A stretch of DNA of 64,000 nucleotides, from NCBI GenBank assembly GCA_043228905.1, contig JBHGNT010000006.1, positions 9,610,001 through 9,674,000 on the forward strand. Reading direction: 5' to 3'. The notes under the pieces were generated by a model. The model saw only the letters and a program-made list of their open reading frames with translations. It made no database searches and was not told the origin of the DNA. The stretch comes from Azolla caroliniana. Its lineage: Eukaryota; Plantae; Polypodiophyta. Below are positions 47,507 to 58,000 of this stretch, piece after piece (the stretch's first letter is position 1; every line of letters starts with the position of its first letter). Position numbers and translations under genes: made by a program.

Positions 47507-48917
47507 ACCTTCCCCATCTTCTCATACTCGAGAACGGAAGACCAAAACTTTGCTCCCACTTTCGCAACTTCAATTTTGTCTTTCCCGACTCTTATTCCGG
47601 CCGTTGCAACATAGTGCATTGCATCCACATGAGTTGCCTTAGCATCTTCCATAGATTTCTTCATTGCCCCTCTTCCGAAATTCACCGATAGGGGTCTTCG
47701 TGTTTCAATCGAGCAGATCATGTTGTCTTCTATGTATACGATATTTTGTCGGATCGCCTCTCGAAGGCTCGCACAATCCCTTCTCATGTGGTCCATGCTA
47801 TTGCACCACACGCATCTAAAGGGTTCTTTTCCGTTGGAGCCCCGACGATTCATGTTGGCTAGCGTGACCTTCTCGAATTTCTTCGCTAGCTCTTCGATGA
47901 TGTCGTCATCAATCTTCTTTTCTTCAGGGCTGCTTTGTTTGGGCGGCTCAGCTACTTTCGGTTGTCTTGTTTTCTCCGCAACAATCGATCCTGCGAAGTC
48001 GGTGTCATCAACCCACTGACGACGCTTGTCGAGCCTATTGCATGCTCGCTTTACCGCAACCCAGTCCACCACAAGCCCATTTGCTTGGGTATCTTCTTCG
48101 AGAAGAGTCCCCAATTCTCATCTATCCTTCATGTCCACAGCTTTCAAGAAGTACAAAGTGTTGTCTTCTTCAAGTAGCAATTGGCCCGTGTTGGGGAGAC
48201 GACTAAACATCCAGGCGGCTCAGCTACTTTCGGTTGTCTTGTTTTCTCCGCAACAGTCGATCCTGCCAAGTCGGTGTCATCAATCCACTGACGACGCTTG
48301 TCGAGCCTATTACATGCTCGCTTTACCGCAACCCAGTCCGCCACAAGCCCATTTGCTTGGGTATCGTCTTTGAGAAGAGTCCCCAATTCTCGTCAATCCT
48401 TCATGTCCACAGTTTTCAAGAAGTACAAAGTGTTGTCTTCTTCAAGCAGCACTTGGTCCGTGTTGGGGAGACGACTAAACATCTGGCCGAATTTGTCGTA
48501 CACCCTCGAGGCGCTCATCTTCTTATTCTTCTTTTCTATCCACTTCATCAAGGCATGTCGAGTCATTCTTATTGAGTCTTCAGTCACGAACTCCGCTAAT
48601 ATTGCTTTCTCAAACTCGGACCATGTTATCTTACCTTCTTGAAGCTTGATGACGTGTCTTTGGATGTTGTTGGAGACCGCCCTCTTGAAACTCTTGATTT
48701 GCCGTGCTTCAGACACGTCTCTTTGATTCATCTCCCTTTTGTATGCGTCAAGGAACTTCGTAACGTTCCTTCCATCAAATTGACCCTCGAGCTCTACGAC
48801 ACGGTCGATGACCTTCTCCACGCTCGCATCGTTGTCTCGAGATGTCATCATTTGTTCGACGATTATCATCATCCTTTCGAACTCTCCTGCTTGGTTTCTT
48901 GAGGATGCCATCTCCAA
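47507..48917 (-). pseudogene. gag: Element B gag with a 272-bp tandem duplication (47942-48485)
   Basis: 'GQFDGRNVTKFLDAYKREM' and knuckle CVWCNSMDHMRRDC. Duplicated block 'MGTLL.(E/D)DTQANGLV.DWVAVKRAC'. Confidence 0.85.
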
Positions 48918-50462
48918 GTATCGGTTGATCCTCGATTTGATCCTTCTTGCCGCCTCTTTAACGTCGGGTTCACCACTTAATTATGTTGTGAAGATCCGTC
49001 ACTACGCGTGGATCGAGAGGCGGACCCGTCGGGGTCAGTTCTTGACCGGAAGGACTCGAAGTTGGCGTTAGCTTTAGCGAGAAAGGATTTAAGTAGATTG
49101 AAAGAGAGAAAGATTGAGTTAAGATTGAACTCTTGACTTTAGATTTGAAGAACAAGATTGATACATCAATTGGATATTGAATTTCTTGCTTTTAATTTCT
49201 TGATTAAAACATTAATTGGATAAGGAATTTTCTTCTTAATATTAATTTTGATTTAAAGTACAAAGATTGCTTGATAAAAATCCCCTTTCATCTTTTTCCT
49301 CTCCTCTTTTATAGATGCCCTCATGCATTTGAGGGTACAAGACATGCATAAAATGCATGTTTGCCATTTGGCGCTCATGTATTACATGTGGTGCATGATA
49401 ACCACGTCACTCATTTTAGCTCTCATGTATGAGAATTTACCTGTAAAGTTATAATGATAAAAACATAATCTCTAAAGAAATGGTTTGGCTTAATGGTAAG
49501 CCTATTGCTTCCTTTCTTGGAGGTGTTAAGTTCATGTCTTGTTTACATCTGTTTCTTTTATGCACAAAATACTATTAGGCTTTTGGACCAAATATCTTAA
49601 AGATACCATGCACCGCGATCAACCGACCCGACTGATCCGTCCGATTTGCATCTGTTTGGTCCGGTCCAGTCCGCATCTCGAGTCGCTTGTCGTCGCTGGC
49701 TCCGAACTGGCTCACCGGCTCAGTCGACGGTTCAAAACAAGCTCACCGTCTTCGATGCTGGATGCCGGCGGCTCATCCAGTCGTTGGTTGTCGTCGCCAA
49801 CTCTGAACTGGTTCACCGGCTTCATCGCCGGTTCAGAACTAGCCCGGCTCACTGGCTTCGTCGTCGGTTCCGAACCGGCTCATCGGCTCCGTTGCTAGAT
49901 GCTGCTGGATGTCGTTCACCGGTCAACGGTTTCGTCGTCGGATGCCGTCACCGTCGCCAGTTTCGTCCGGTCATTGGTTGCCGGATCTATCCAGTCAGCG
50001 ATTGCCAGCTCTATCCGCTTTCCGGTCCTATTATCGACCGGTTTGAGTTTCTTCAGCGGTTGGTTCAAGCACTTAGCGACATCCGACAACTTAGCCACAT
50101 ATGTCCATCTAGACAAAAGTGGCCCAACTCGAAATATTTTTTATGTGCTCTTAACACATAGATAAAATATGATGGATGTCAATCTGCTTATATAGCTGGA
50201 GCCTAAACTTTCCTATCTATGTGGGATATTTCACAGTTTTCGTTTTGTCTTTTTCTTTTGCAAAACCTCATACCCACATAAGTTGACACTTAGATGTCTG
50301 TTTCTTATGTAGTAAAGTGCATCTTCAAGACCTCCATCTTCCCGTACCAAGATATTAAGCTAATCTAAAATAGTATCTTCACTATTATTGTTTTATATTA
50401 TTCATACTCGATTTTGTGTGTTTTATGCGATTTTCACACCATTGCCGAAAATCTTCACGACA

Positions 50463-50720
50463 ACGCCATCAACTCCGACTATGATGATCGCGGCGGAATG
50501 TTCGTGATCAGACATAGAGTGAATTCTATGTTGGCCTCTACTTCTGCTAGTGCCTTCGGTCTGGAAGACGTATGGTTCGTCAATTTCGGTGCCTCGAACC
50601 ATATGACATCGCATGAAGAATGGTTCCGAGAACTTCGAGAGACGGACCGACCCGGCTATGTCGAAACCGGAGACGACACTACGCACCCGATTTAGCACAT
50701 CGGCAATGTTCCGTTCGGCA
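50463..50720 (+). pseudogene. Continuation of Copia I after insertion B (protease), then truncated
   Basis: Joining 20259 to 50467 recreates caactacgccatcaactcc as in Copia K (63261-63280). Encodes 'WFVNFGASNHMT'. Confidence 0.88.
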
Positions 50721-51020
50721 CATCTAATTAATCATATAATTGAATGAGCCCAACATAAAACATCTAGCTAATCACATAATTGAATACTTGAGGAAGAATG
50801 GGAAAACTAAGGTTTACTCCCAAGGTTCTACTCCACCATGTTTGTAGATGCAATGTTCTCTTATGTGATTTGAGTGGATTTAAGTCCTTTCCAAAAGGAG
50901 TCATCTTTCCCAATTGTTTAGAATTTTCTTTTAAAGATAAGCTTCCATCATTTAAATGAAGAAGACTCCCAAGAGATATGACATATGACAGGGACTTTTG
51001 TATCGATCAATTTGCATTCA

Positions 51021-51408
51021 TGTTGAGAATCAAACTCAACTTCCCTATGGTGTGAACACACTTTAAGAATATTCAAGTGTGTGAACCCCCCACTACCATG
51101 TAAAATAACTAATGTGTCATAAGACTTAACATAACTAATGTGTCATAAGACTTAACTTCTATTCCTAACTAATGGGAAAGTTCCTAACTAATGGAAAAGT
51201 AGCTTCATTTTGGAAAAAGAAGAAGAAGAAAAGACTTAACTTCTATGCCACATAGTTTGTAGGTAGATAGTTAAGTCCACACCTCTTTCCCAAGAGGTAG
51301 TAAGAGAATGTTGAGAGAAAGTGACTATATAAGCACCTTCTCCTCACCTTGTATTGTTGTTAGTTGTTATTTTTTTGTGAATACAATTTTCTTGTTTTTT
51401 GTCTATTT

Positions 51409-51464
<56 letters not shown>
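51021..51464 (+). mobile_element. Copia K-family LTR, split in its (CT)n tract (continues at 61039-61088)
   Basis: Begins tgttgagaatcaaactcaac, like the LTR at 61748. Shares tgtgaacaca, taactaatg and tatataagcacc blocks. Confidence 0.65.
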
Positions 51465-51466
<2 letters not shown>

Positions 51467-52120
51467 GATGCATCATTAGATTCCTCTGTAAATGAGGCCT
51501 TTTTGCAACTCCAATGTATCATGACATGGGGCAAATATGGAGGCTCACGTTGTCGTGCCTTTCGGCTCCGGATCGTTTGCGTGAGTCGGGTGGGAACCAC
51601 TGGGGTTTTGGACTAGGAAGAGGAGAGTTTTAAGGCTAATAAGAATATAAATATGTTGTAAGAAAGAGTTATAGCAAACTCGTGAATCCCACGAGTGTAT
51701 TGTATTAGATTAATCAATATGAATATAAGAATATAAACTTCGGTTGAAAGAGAATGATATAGAATTCTCGTGAATCCCACGAGTATAGTTTATTAATTGG
51801 TGTTTTTTAGAAACATATCCAGTTTCCAAATATTTTTCACACACAATTACATTGTGCTCCCCATCCTTATGTAGTAGTGATGAGGAAGTCTTAGTAATCC
51901 ATGCTTTTTCTCTAACTATAGACCCCATGCTTTTCCTATAGATAGACTATATGCTTTATCTAAAGTGATCATGCTTTTTTCTAACTTGTGCGTTTTTTAT
52001 CATGCACGCTAGATGTGTATGTGTAGCTTTTTCTTTTGTTATGCGTTTTTCTAATGTTTATCCTAGCGTGAATTTACCTTTCTATGTGGGACATCTATTC
52101 ATGCTTTAACACTAATGAAA

Positions 52121-52188
52121 TGCTAGTGTAATGGTAAGACATTACATTATTAACATGGAGGTGCAAGGTTCGAATCTTGCCCTATGCA
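52121..52188 (+). promoter_or_regulatory. tRNA-like Pol III A/B-box module in the LTR of C (copy at 54914-54981)
   Basis: A-box-like TAGTGTAATGGTAAG and B-box GGTTCGAATC inside a gcaag/cttgc stem, with tRNA-like spacing. Confidence 0.6.
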
Positions 52189-52287
52189 TGTTCCATTTAT
52201 TTTGCTATTTTCTTCTATTTCTTCATTTTTTATTGAATCTAATACTATATACGTTTTTCACGTAGTGTACAAAATACACTACGACAC

Positions 52288-54330
52288 TCACCCCCTCCAA
52301 ACCCGCACATCCTCCGGTATGTGCCGAAGCTGTTGGTGTTTGTTAGTCTCCTCCGTCCGGTCTCTACCCGATTGGTTTCGTTGCCGGCTCGTAGTACCCT
52401 CGACTTCTCTTGTTATGTTGACTTTGTCTCTCCATTTGGAGCACATCCATTCTTTCCACCCGAACCATTGTCGACATCCGATCCACCATAGTCTTCGTTC
52501 GCTTTTTGCATGGCCCACTTGGTCCTTGTCATCCGCGGTAGTATCTTTTCTTGCCCTCTTTCTTTTCTTCATCAATCTCGACTTCTTTTCGGATTTTCGG
52601 TTTAGTCGGATTAGCTTACTTCCGATTCGGTCTCGTCGGATCGTCTTTCGTTTAGTTCGGCTTCCTTTCCGATTTGTATTCGGTCGATCCGGACTCGGTT
52701 GATCGGTTTTTACCGATTCAGTGCTCTTTTGGGTCGGTTTCTTTTCTTTTCTTTTCGTCCGGATTTGCTTTCTTTTCTTCGTTTTCACCTGCCTTGTCCG
52801 GTTCGACTTTCGGCACTTCTTTCCGTTGTTCGCTACGTAGGTCCTCCGATATGTGCTCGTTGTTCGGTCCTCGTGTGGTTGTAATGCATGCTTCTTTTCT
52901 CGCCGTAGCGCGTGCTTCTTTATTCGCCATAACACGCGTTTCTTTATTCGCCGTAGAGCGTGCTCTGTATTACGCGCTTCTCCCGTCGTAGACCCGACCT
53001 CCGCATTGTCGCACTTTCTTTTAGATTGGAATTTCGGATGGATCATTTTCCATCCGAACCGACTTCCGACTTTACCTTCCTCGCCGCCATCTCCCGTCTC
53101 TCCGGTCTCACGTTGGTTCTCGGACACAACCGCCGAAGTCTCTAGATATTGTTGGCATGAATCCTCAGTATTACCTTCTTTCGTAGTTTCACCCTTAGCA
53201 TTCTTCTCGGCTATCTCTTCATCGTATTCGTCGGCTTCGACATTCGTTTTCTCTCCGCCACCTTCCGTCTCTTCGGTCTCACGTTGCCTTTCGATCGCAA
53301 CCGCCGGAGTCTCTGGAATCAGTGGTGGGGAAGTCTCGATATGGCAATCCGCCATTGATTCGTCCATAGCCACCTCCGATTCGATTTCGTCTTTTGTGGC
53401 TACCTCCTTAATCACATCCGCTTCACACTCTTTATCTGCATCAATTATGCAAACATCTATTATGCTTACCCCTTTTTGACCCGATGTCTCAGGCACTTGT
53501 ATCCCGAAATTTCCTTCTACACTTAAATTATCGGCCTTATCCTTCGCCATCGTTCTTTCACAAGACGAGTGGGTGTCTTGTTCCACTCTTTCTCCCGTGG
53601 TACCATCATGTTGTATTTCGGCCTTCATATTGGCTTCATCGTTTTTCCTCAATCGACCATCCTTCATGGGCCATGTCGTTGTTGACGAGATTCTCAGCTT
53701 CCTTTCATCATGTCTTCGGCATACCCTTTCGACTTTGGCCCAATCCTCGGTAAGGCCGTTCGCACCGTCATCATCTTCGAGTTCGATCCCAATGTCCATC
53801 CTTTCTTTCCGATCGATCGATCTTACGAACATTAAGACTTTATCTTCTCCCACCAATCTTCGTTCCCGCTCCGAGAGTCGAGCAAAACGATGCTCGAACT
53901 CTAGGAACGCTTGCGTTGCACTTCGGTGAGTCTTCTCCGACGCCACCCATTCGTCGAATTCTCGTCGATCTCGTCCCGTCCATCTCTCATAGTCATATGC
54001 CTCCCGTAAAGCTTCTTCAAAGGACTCCCATGTCGAGTTTTGTTGTTGTATCTTGTGGATTCTCTCTTGTAGTTCGTCCGAGGCCACCCGACTAAAGGAT
54101 ATCACTTGCAATCCTTCCGGTATCCGATATTGCATCATCTCCGCCTTATATTCACGTAGGTAGCGTGACACACCCTTACCGTTGAATTCCCCGTTTCGTC
54201 GCAGAAGCAGCTCTACTGCCGCCTTCATCTCGGACATCGCACGTTGTTCTTGTTGCATCCGCTCAAACATTATCATCATCATGTTCATCGCCTCTTGTTG
54301 ATTCTCCATCTCCTTGCCACCCGCCTTCAC
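52288..54330 (-). CDS. Gag-derived ORF with acidic middle and K/R-rich C-terminus (up to 680 aa)
   Basis: N-terminus is homologous to B gag ('GEFNGKGVSRYLREYKAEM', 'ANGLTEDW'). Open from PBS to PPT; no pol motifs. Confidence 0.8.
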   Translation of the reverse strand: MKAGGKEMENQQEAMNMMMIMFERMQQEQRAMSEMKAAVELLLRRNGEFNGKGVSRYLREYKAEMMQYRIPEGLQVISFSRVASDELQERIHKIQQQNSTWESFEEALREAYDYERWTGRDRREFDEWVASEKTHRSATQAFLEFEHRFARLSERERRLVGEDKVLMFVRSIDRKERMDIGIELEDDDGANGLTEDWAKVERVCRRHDERKLRISSTTTWPMKDGRLRKNDEANMKAEIQHDGTTGERVEQDTHSSCERTMAKDKADNLSVEGNFGIQVPETSGQKGVSIIDVCIIDADKECEADVIKEVATKDEIESEVAMDESMADCHIETSPPLIPETPAVAIERQRETEETEGGGEKTNVEADEYDEEIAEKNAKGETTKEGNTEDSCQQYLETSAVVSENQRETGETGDGGEEGKVGSRFGWKMIHPKFQSKRKCDNAEVGSTTGEARNTEHALRRIKKRVLWRIKKHALRREKKHALQPHEDRTTSTYRRTYVANNGKKCRKSNRTRQVKTKKRKQIRTKRKEKKPTQKSTESVKTDQPSPDRPNTNRKGSRTKRKTIRRDRIGSKLIRLNRKSEKKSRLMKKRKRARKDTTADDKDQVGHAKSERRLWWIGCRQWFGWKEWMCSKWRDKVNITREVEGTTSRQRNQSGRDRTEETNKHQQLRHIPEDVRVWRG

Positions 54331-55095
54331 GTCGGGTTCACCAACTGTGTCGTGCCTTTCGGCTCCGGATCGTTTGCGTGAGTCGGGTGGGAACCACTGG
54401 GGTTTTGGACTAGGAAGAGGAGAGTTTTAAGGCTAATAAGAATATAAATATGTTGTAAGAAAGAGTTATAGCAAACTCGTGAATCCCACGAGTGTATTGT
54501 ATTAGATTAATCAATATGAATATAAGAATATAAACTTCGGTTGAAAGAGAATGATATAGAATTCTCGTGAATCCCACGAGTATAGTTTATTAATTGGTGT
54601 TTTTTAGAAACATATCCAGTTTCCAAATATTTTTCACACACAATTACATTGTGCTCCCCATCCTTATGTAGTAGTGATGAGGAAGTCTTAGTAATCCATG
54701 CTTTTTCTCTAACTATAGACCCCATGCTTTTCCTATAGATAGACTATATGCTTTATCTAAAGTGATCATGCTTTTTTCTAACTTGTGCGTTTTTTATCAT
54801 GCACGCTAGATGTGTATGTGTAGCTTTTTCTTTTGTTATGCGTTTTTCTAATGTTTATCCTAGCGTGAATTTACCTTTCTATGTGGGACATCTATGCTTT
54901 AACACTAATGAAATGCTAGTGTAATGGTAAGACATTACATTATTAACATGGAGGTGCAAGGTTCGAATCTTGCCCTATGCATGTTCCATTTATTTTGCTA
55001 TTTTCTTCTATTTCTTCATTTTTTATTGAATCTAATACTATATACGTTTTTCACGTAGTGTACAAAATACACTACGACAACGCTTCACACATTAT

Positions 55096-58000
55096 TGTGA
55101 AAGATTATGTGCGGAAGCAAGTAGAAAACTGAACACAGAAAACACACAGGTTTAATGGAGAGCTTGAACGTACACAGTACGCGGGAGAGACAAAGAGAGA
55201 GAACACACATAAAAACTCGATTCAAAATAATACTCAATCTGTACATAGGATGTGCTCAGTGACCACTTTTATACAAGTCCATACGGATTGACAAAAGTAC
55301 TGACACGTACTTCAATGCTCATAACTGAGCTCTACGCTAACTCCCAAAATATATTCCTACACGGAATATCTTTCCAACGGGCTCGCGGTTTACGCACCGC
55401 TACGGCTTCTCATTACGCACCGGTTTGCGTACTGGTTTACGCACCCGTTTTACGCACCGGTCCGGCCTAACCGATCGGCCCCAATTGATCCGGTTCTCGA
55501 CTTGCACAGCCGATCCGGCCAATGTTGAGCTTGTATCTCAACACTCCCCCTCAAGCTCAACTTGAGGTTCCATCTGCTCTTCCGGATCTGCTCTCTGGTT
55601 CCTTCTAGCTTCACGCCTCGCTTGCGCTCCTCGACCTGTTCGATTCCGCGCGCCTCGACCCTTTTGGTCGGCTTGTCTGCTCACACGGCCCTTCTCAGCG
55701 TCCTTGTTGTTGTGGTGTTGGCGCCTCTTCTGCTGCCTTCTCTTCCGCTTGGCCCTTGGTTGATTCAACGTATCCGAATCAAACATCTAAACCGACTCGG
55801 CTTCCTCCGATCGGTTTTCGCACTCGTTCGAGTTGGCAGTCTCCAACCCGTCCTTGGTCTTCTTGACCTTGGTTGGCTTCGGCTCTTCCTTTCAACTGCT
55901 CCCCTTATGTCCACTTTCGGAATCTTCCGTGGATCCGCCCTCGGCTTCTTCAGCCGATCCGAAGTCGAATTCGTCATCCGACTCGGCGTCACGGTCTTTT
56001 CCACTCCTTTCCTGCTCCCTTCCGTGGTCATCATGGACATCTCTCCCCCTCATGTTCGGCATGTCGAGGTGACGCAACCCAAGTGCACCCAAGAAGTGCC
56101 GCTTGTCCAGACCAAGAAGCTTGGTGAAGATGTCGGCATTATGTCGATCCGTCGGAACATACTGAAGTTCAACTTCACTAGAGAGGACACGCTCACGGAC
56201 GAAATGATAGTGCACCTCTATGTGCTTAGTCTGGGCGTGGAAGATGGGGTTCTTAGCTAGCTGGATGCTGCTGAGGTTGTCGCAGTAGATTTTTGTTGGA
56301 TCGAATACCTCCACCTGCAGATCCTTAAGTAGTCGCTTCAACCATATGGCTTCGCATGTGGCTATAGCCACTCCTCTATACTCGGCTTCGGTGCTCGACA
56401 GCGGAATGTCAGCTGCTTCTTGCTACTCCACGCGATCGCGACACTCCCGAGAGAGAACGTGAAACCGGATGTGGATCGGCGATCGCCGGTGTTTCCTGCC
56501 CAATCAGCATCGGTGTAACCGACCAATTGCGTGGTAGTATCGGCCCGATATAGTAGCCCCTGGTCCTTAGTGCCACTGACGTACCGGAGTACACATTGTG
56601 CGCACTGAAGGTGCTCCTCGGTCGGTCGCACCATGAACTGACTGATCACCCCGACAGGGTAGCTGAGATCTGGTCAGGTGATGGTCAAGTATATAAGGCT
56701 TCCGACTATCTGTCAGAACCTCGTTTGGTCGCATACCTTTCCGGAATCGGGGCGAATCTTGACGGTTCTATCTAGAGGAGTCAAGACGGACTTACAGTCG
56801 GCCATCCCGAATTTAAAGAGCATATTCAGCGCGTAATGATGTTGGCTGATCAAGATGCCTTTGGGGGTACGGATCACTTCGATCCCGAGGAAGTAATGAA
56901 GGTCCCCCAGATCCTTCATGTCGAATGATGCCGCGAGCTGGAGCTTCACGCGGGCTATCTCAACTAGGTCGGCATCGTTGATGACCAAGTCATCTACATA
57001 AAGTAAAATACTAACCGGCCCAAGTCGACCTTTACGAATGAACAGTGAGGATTCTGATTTTGACGTCACAAAGCCCATCCGACGCAATCGTTGTGTGATC
57101 TTCGTGTTCCAGGCACACGGGGCTTGCTTTAGTCTGTAAAGGGACTTCTTCAATCGGCACACCACCGAAGTGTTCGTTCCAGAGTGAAATCCGGGGGGTT
57201 GTACCATGTACACATGTTCCTCAAGATCACCTTGCAAGAACACGTTCTTTACATCCATTTGATGTAAGTGCCACCCCTTCGCCGCAGCTACCGCAAGCAA
57301 AACACGGACAATCGTCATCTTCACGACCGGCGCAAACGTCTCATCGTAGTCGATGTCATGTTTCTGCGTGTAGCCTTTCGCTACTAACCGGGCCTTGTAT
57401 CGGTTGACCGAGCCGTCAGTGTTGTACTTGACCTTGTACACCCACCTACATCTGATCGGCTTCACATCTTTCGATACGTCAATCAGGCCCCAGGTTTCAT
57501 TCTCCGCCAATGCGCGCATCTCTTCCTCCATTGTGGCACACCAATTCGCGTCCTTCGCCGCTTCTGCATAGCTCTCCGACTCACGCACTTCCGCTACACG
57601 CATCATGTACGCATAGTGATGCACCATGTACTCATTGTAACCGAACCGCACAACAGGGTTCTTCTGGCGGGTTGATCAGCGTAATTGCTCATTAGCCGAT
57701 GGTGAGGCTTTCTTGGCCGACGCGGACTTCGCTCTCAAAGACCCATCGTCACTTCCCTCAGAGTCGGACTCGCGTCGATCCGACTCATTCCTCTCCATGC
57801 CATAATCTGACACCTTCTTCTTCCCTTTTTCTTTGCGCGTAAGCCATCTCCTCGGCTTCCTGCCCGGGGAATGCACGGTCGAGTCTCCACGACTCACCGA
57901 CTCTTCATGGGACTGGTCGAACCGACTCAGTCCTACATCCGGTCCGCTTAACCGAAACGAAATCGGACTCTCTTCGTGGGTCCCGATTTCATGCTCATCC

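Larger units (their letters stand above)
20260..50462 (-). mobile_element. Gypsy element B, tRNA-Trp-primed, with four nested insertions (LTRs 20260-21764 and 48984-50462)
   Basis: ~1.5-kb LTRs (TGTYGTGAAGAT...ATCTTCACGACA), 4-bp TSD ACGC, minus-strand PBS TGGTGAACCCGACGT (48961-48975) and PPT at 21765-21777. Gag/pol pieces lie in order on the minus strand. Confidence 0.9.
51551..55079 (-). mobile_element. Non-autonomous single-ORF Gypsy C, B-related (LTRs 51551-52286 and 54348-55079)
   Basis: LTRs identical by eye except a 4-bp indel. 18-nt minus-strand PBS TGGTGAACCCGACGTGAA (54326-54343), PPT 52287-52298, flanks ACGT/ACGC. Confidence 0.93.

Noticed and set aside
51021-51464. This LTR as the 3' LTR of Copia I
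   Set aside because: No PPT upstream, and it does not match the sequence upstream of the Copia I PBS.
20776-54981. LTR A/B-box modules as genuine tRNA genes
   Set aside because: Acceptor and anticodon arms are imperfect or missing and invariant bases such as U33 are absent. Reported as tRNA-like only.
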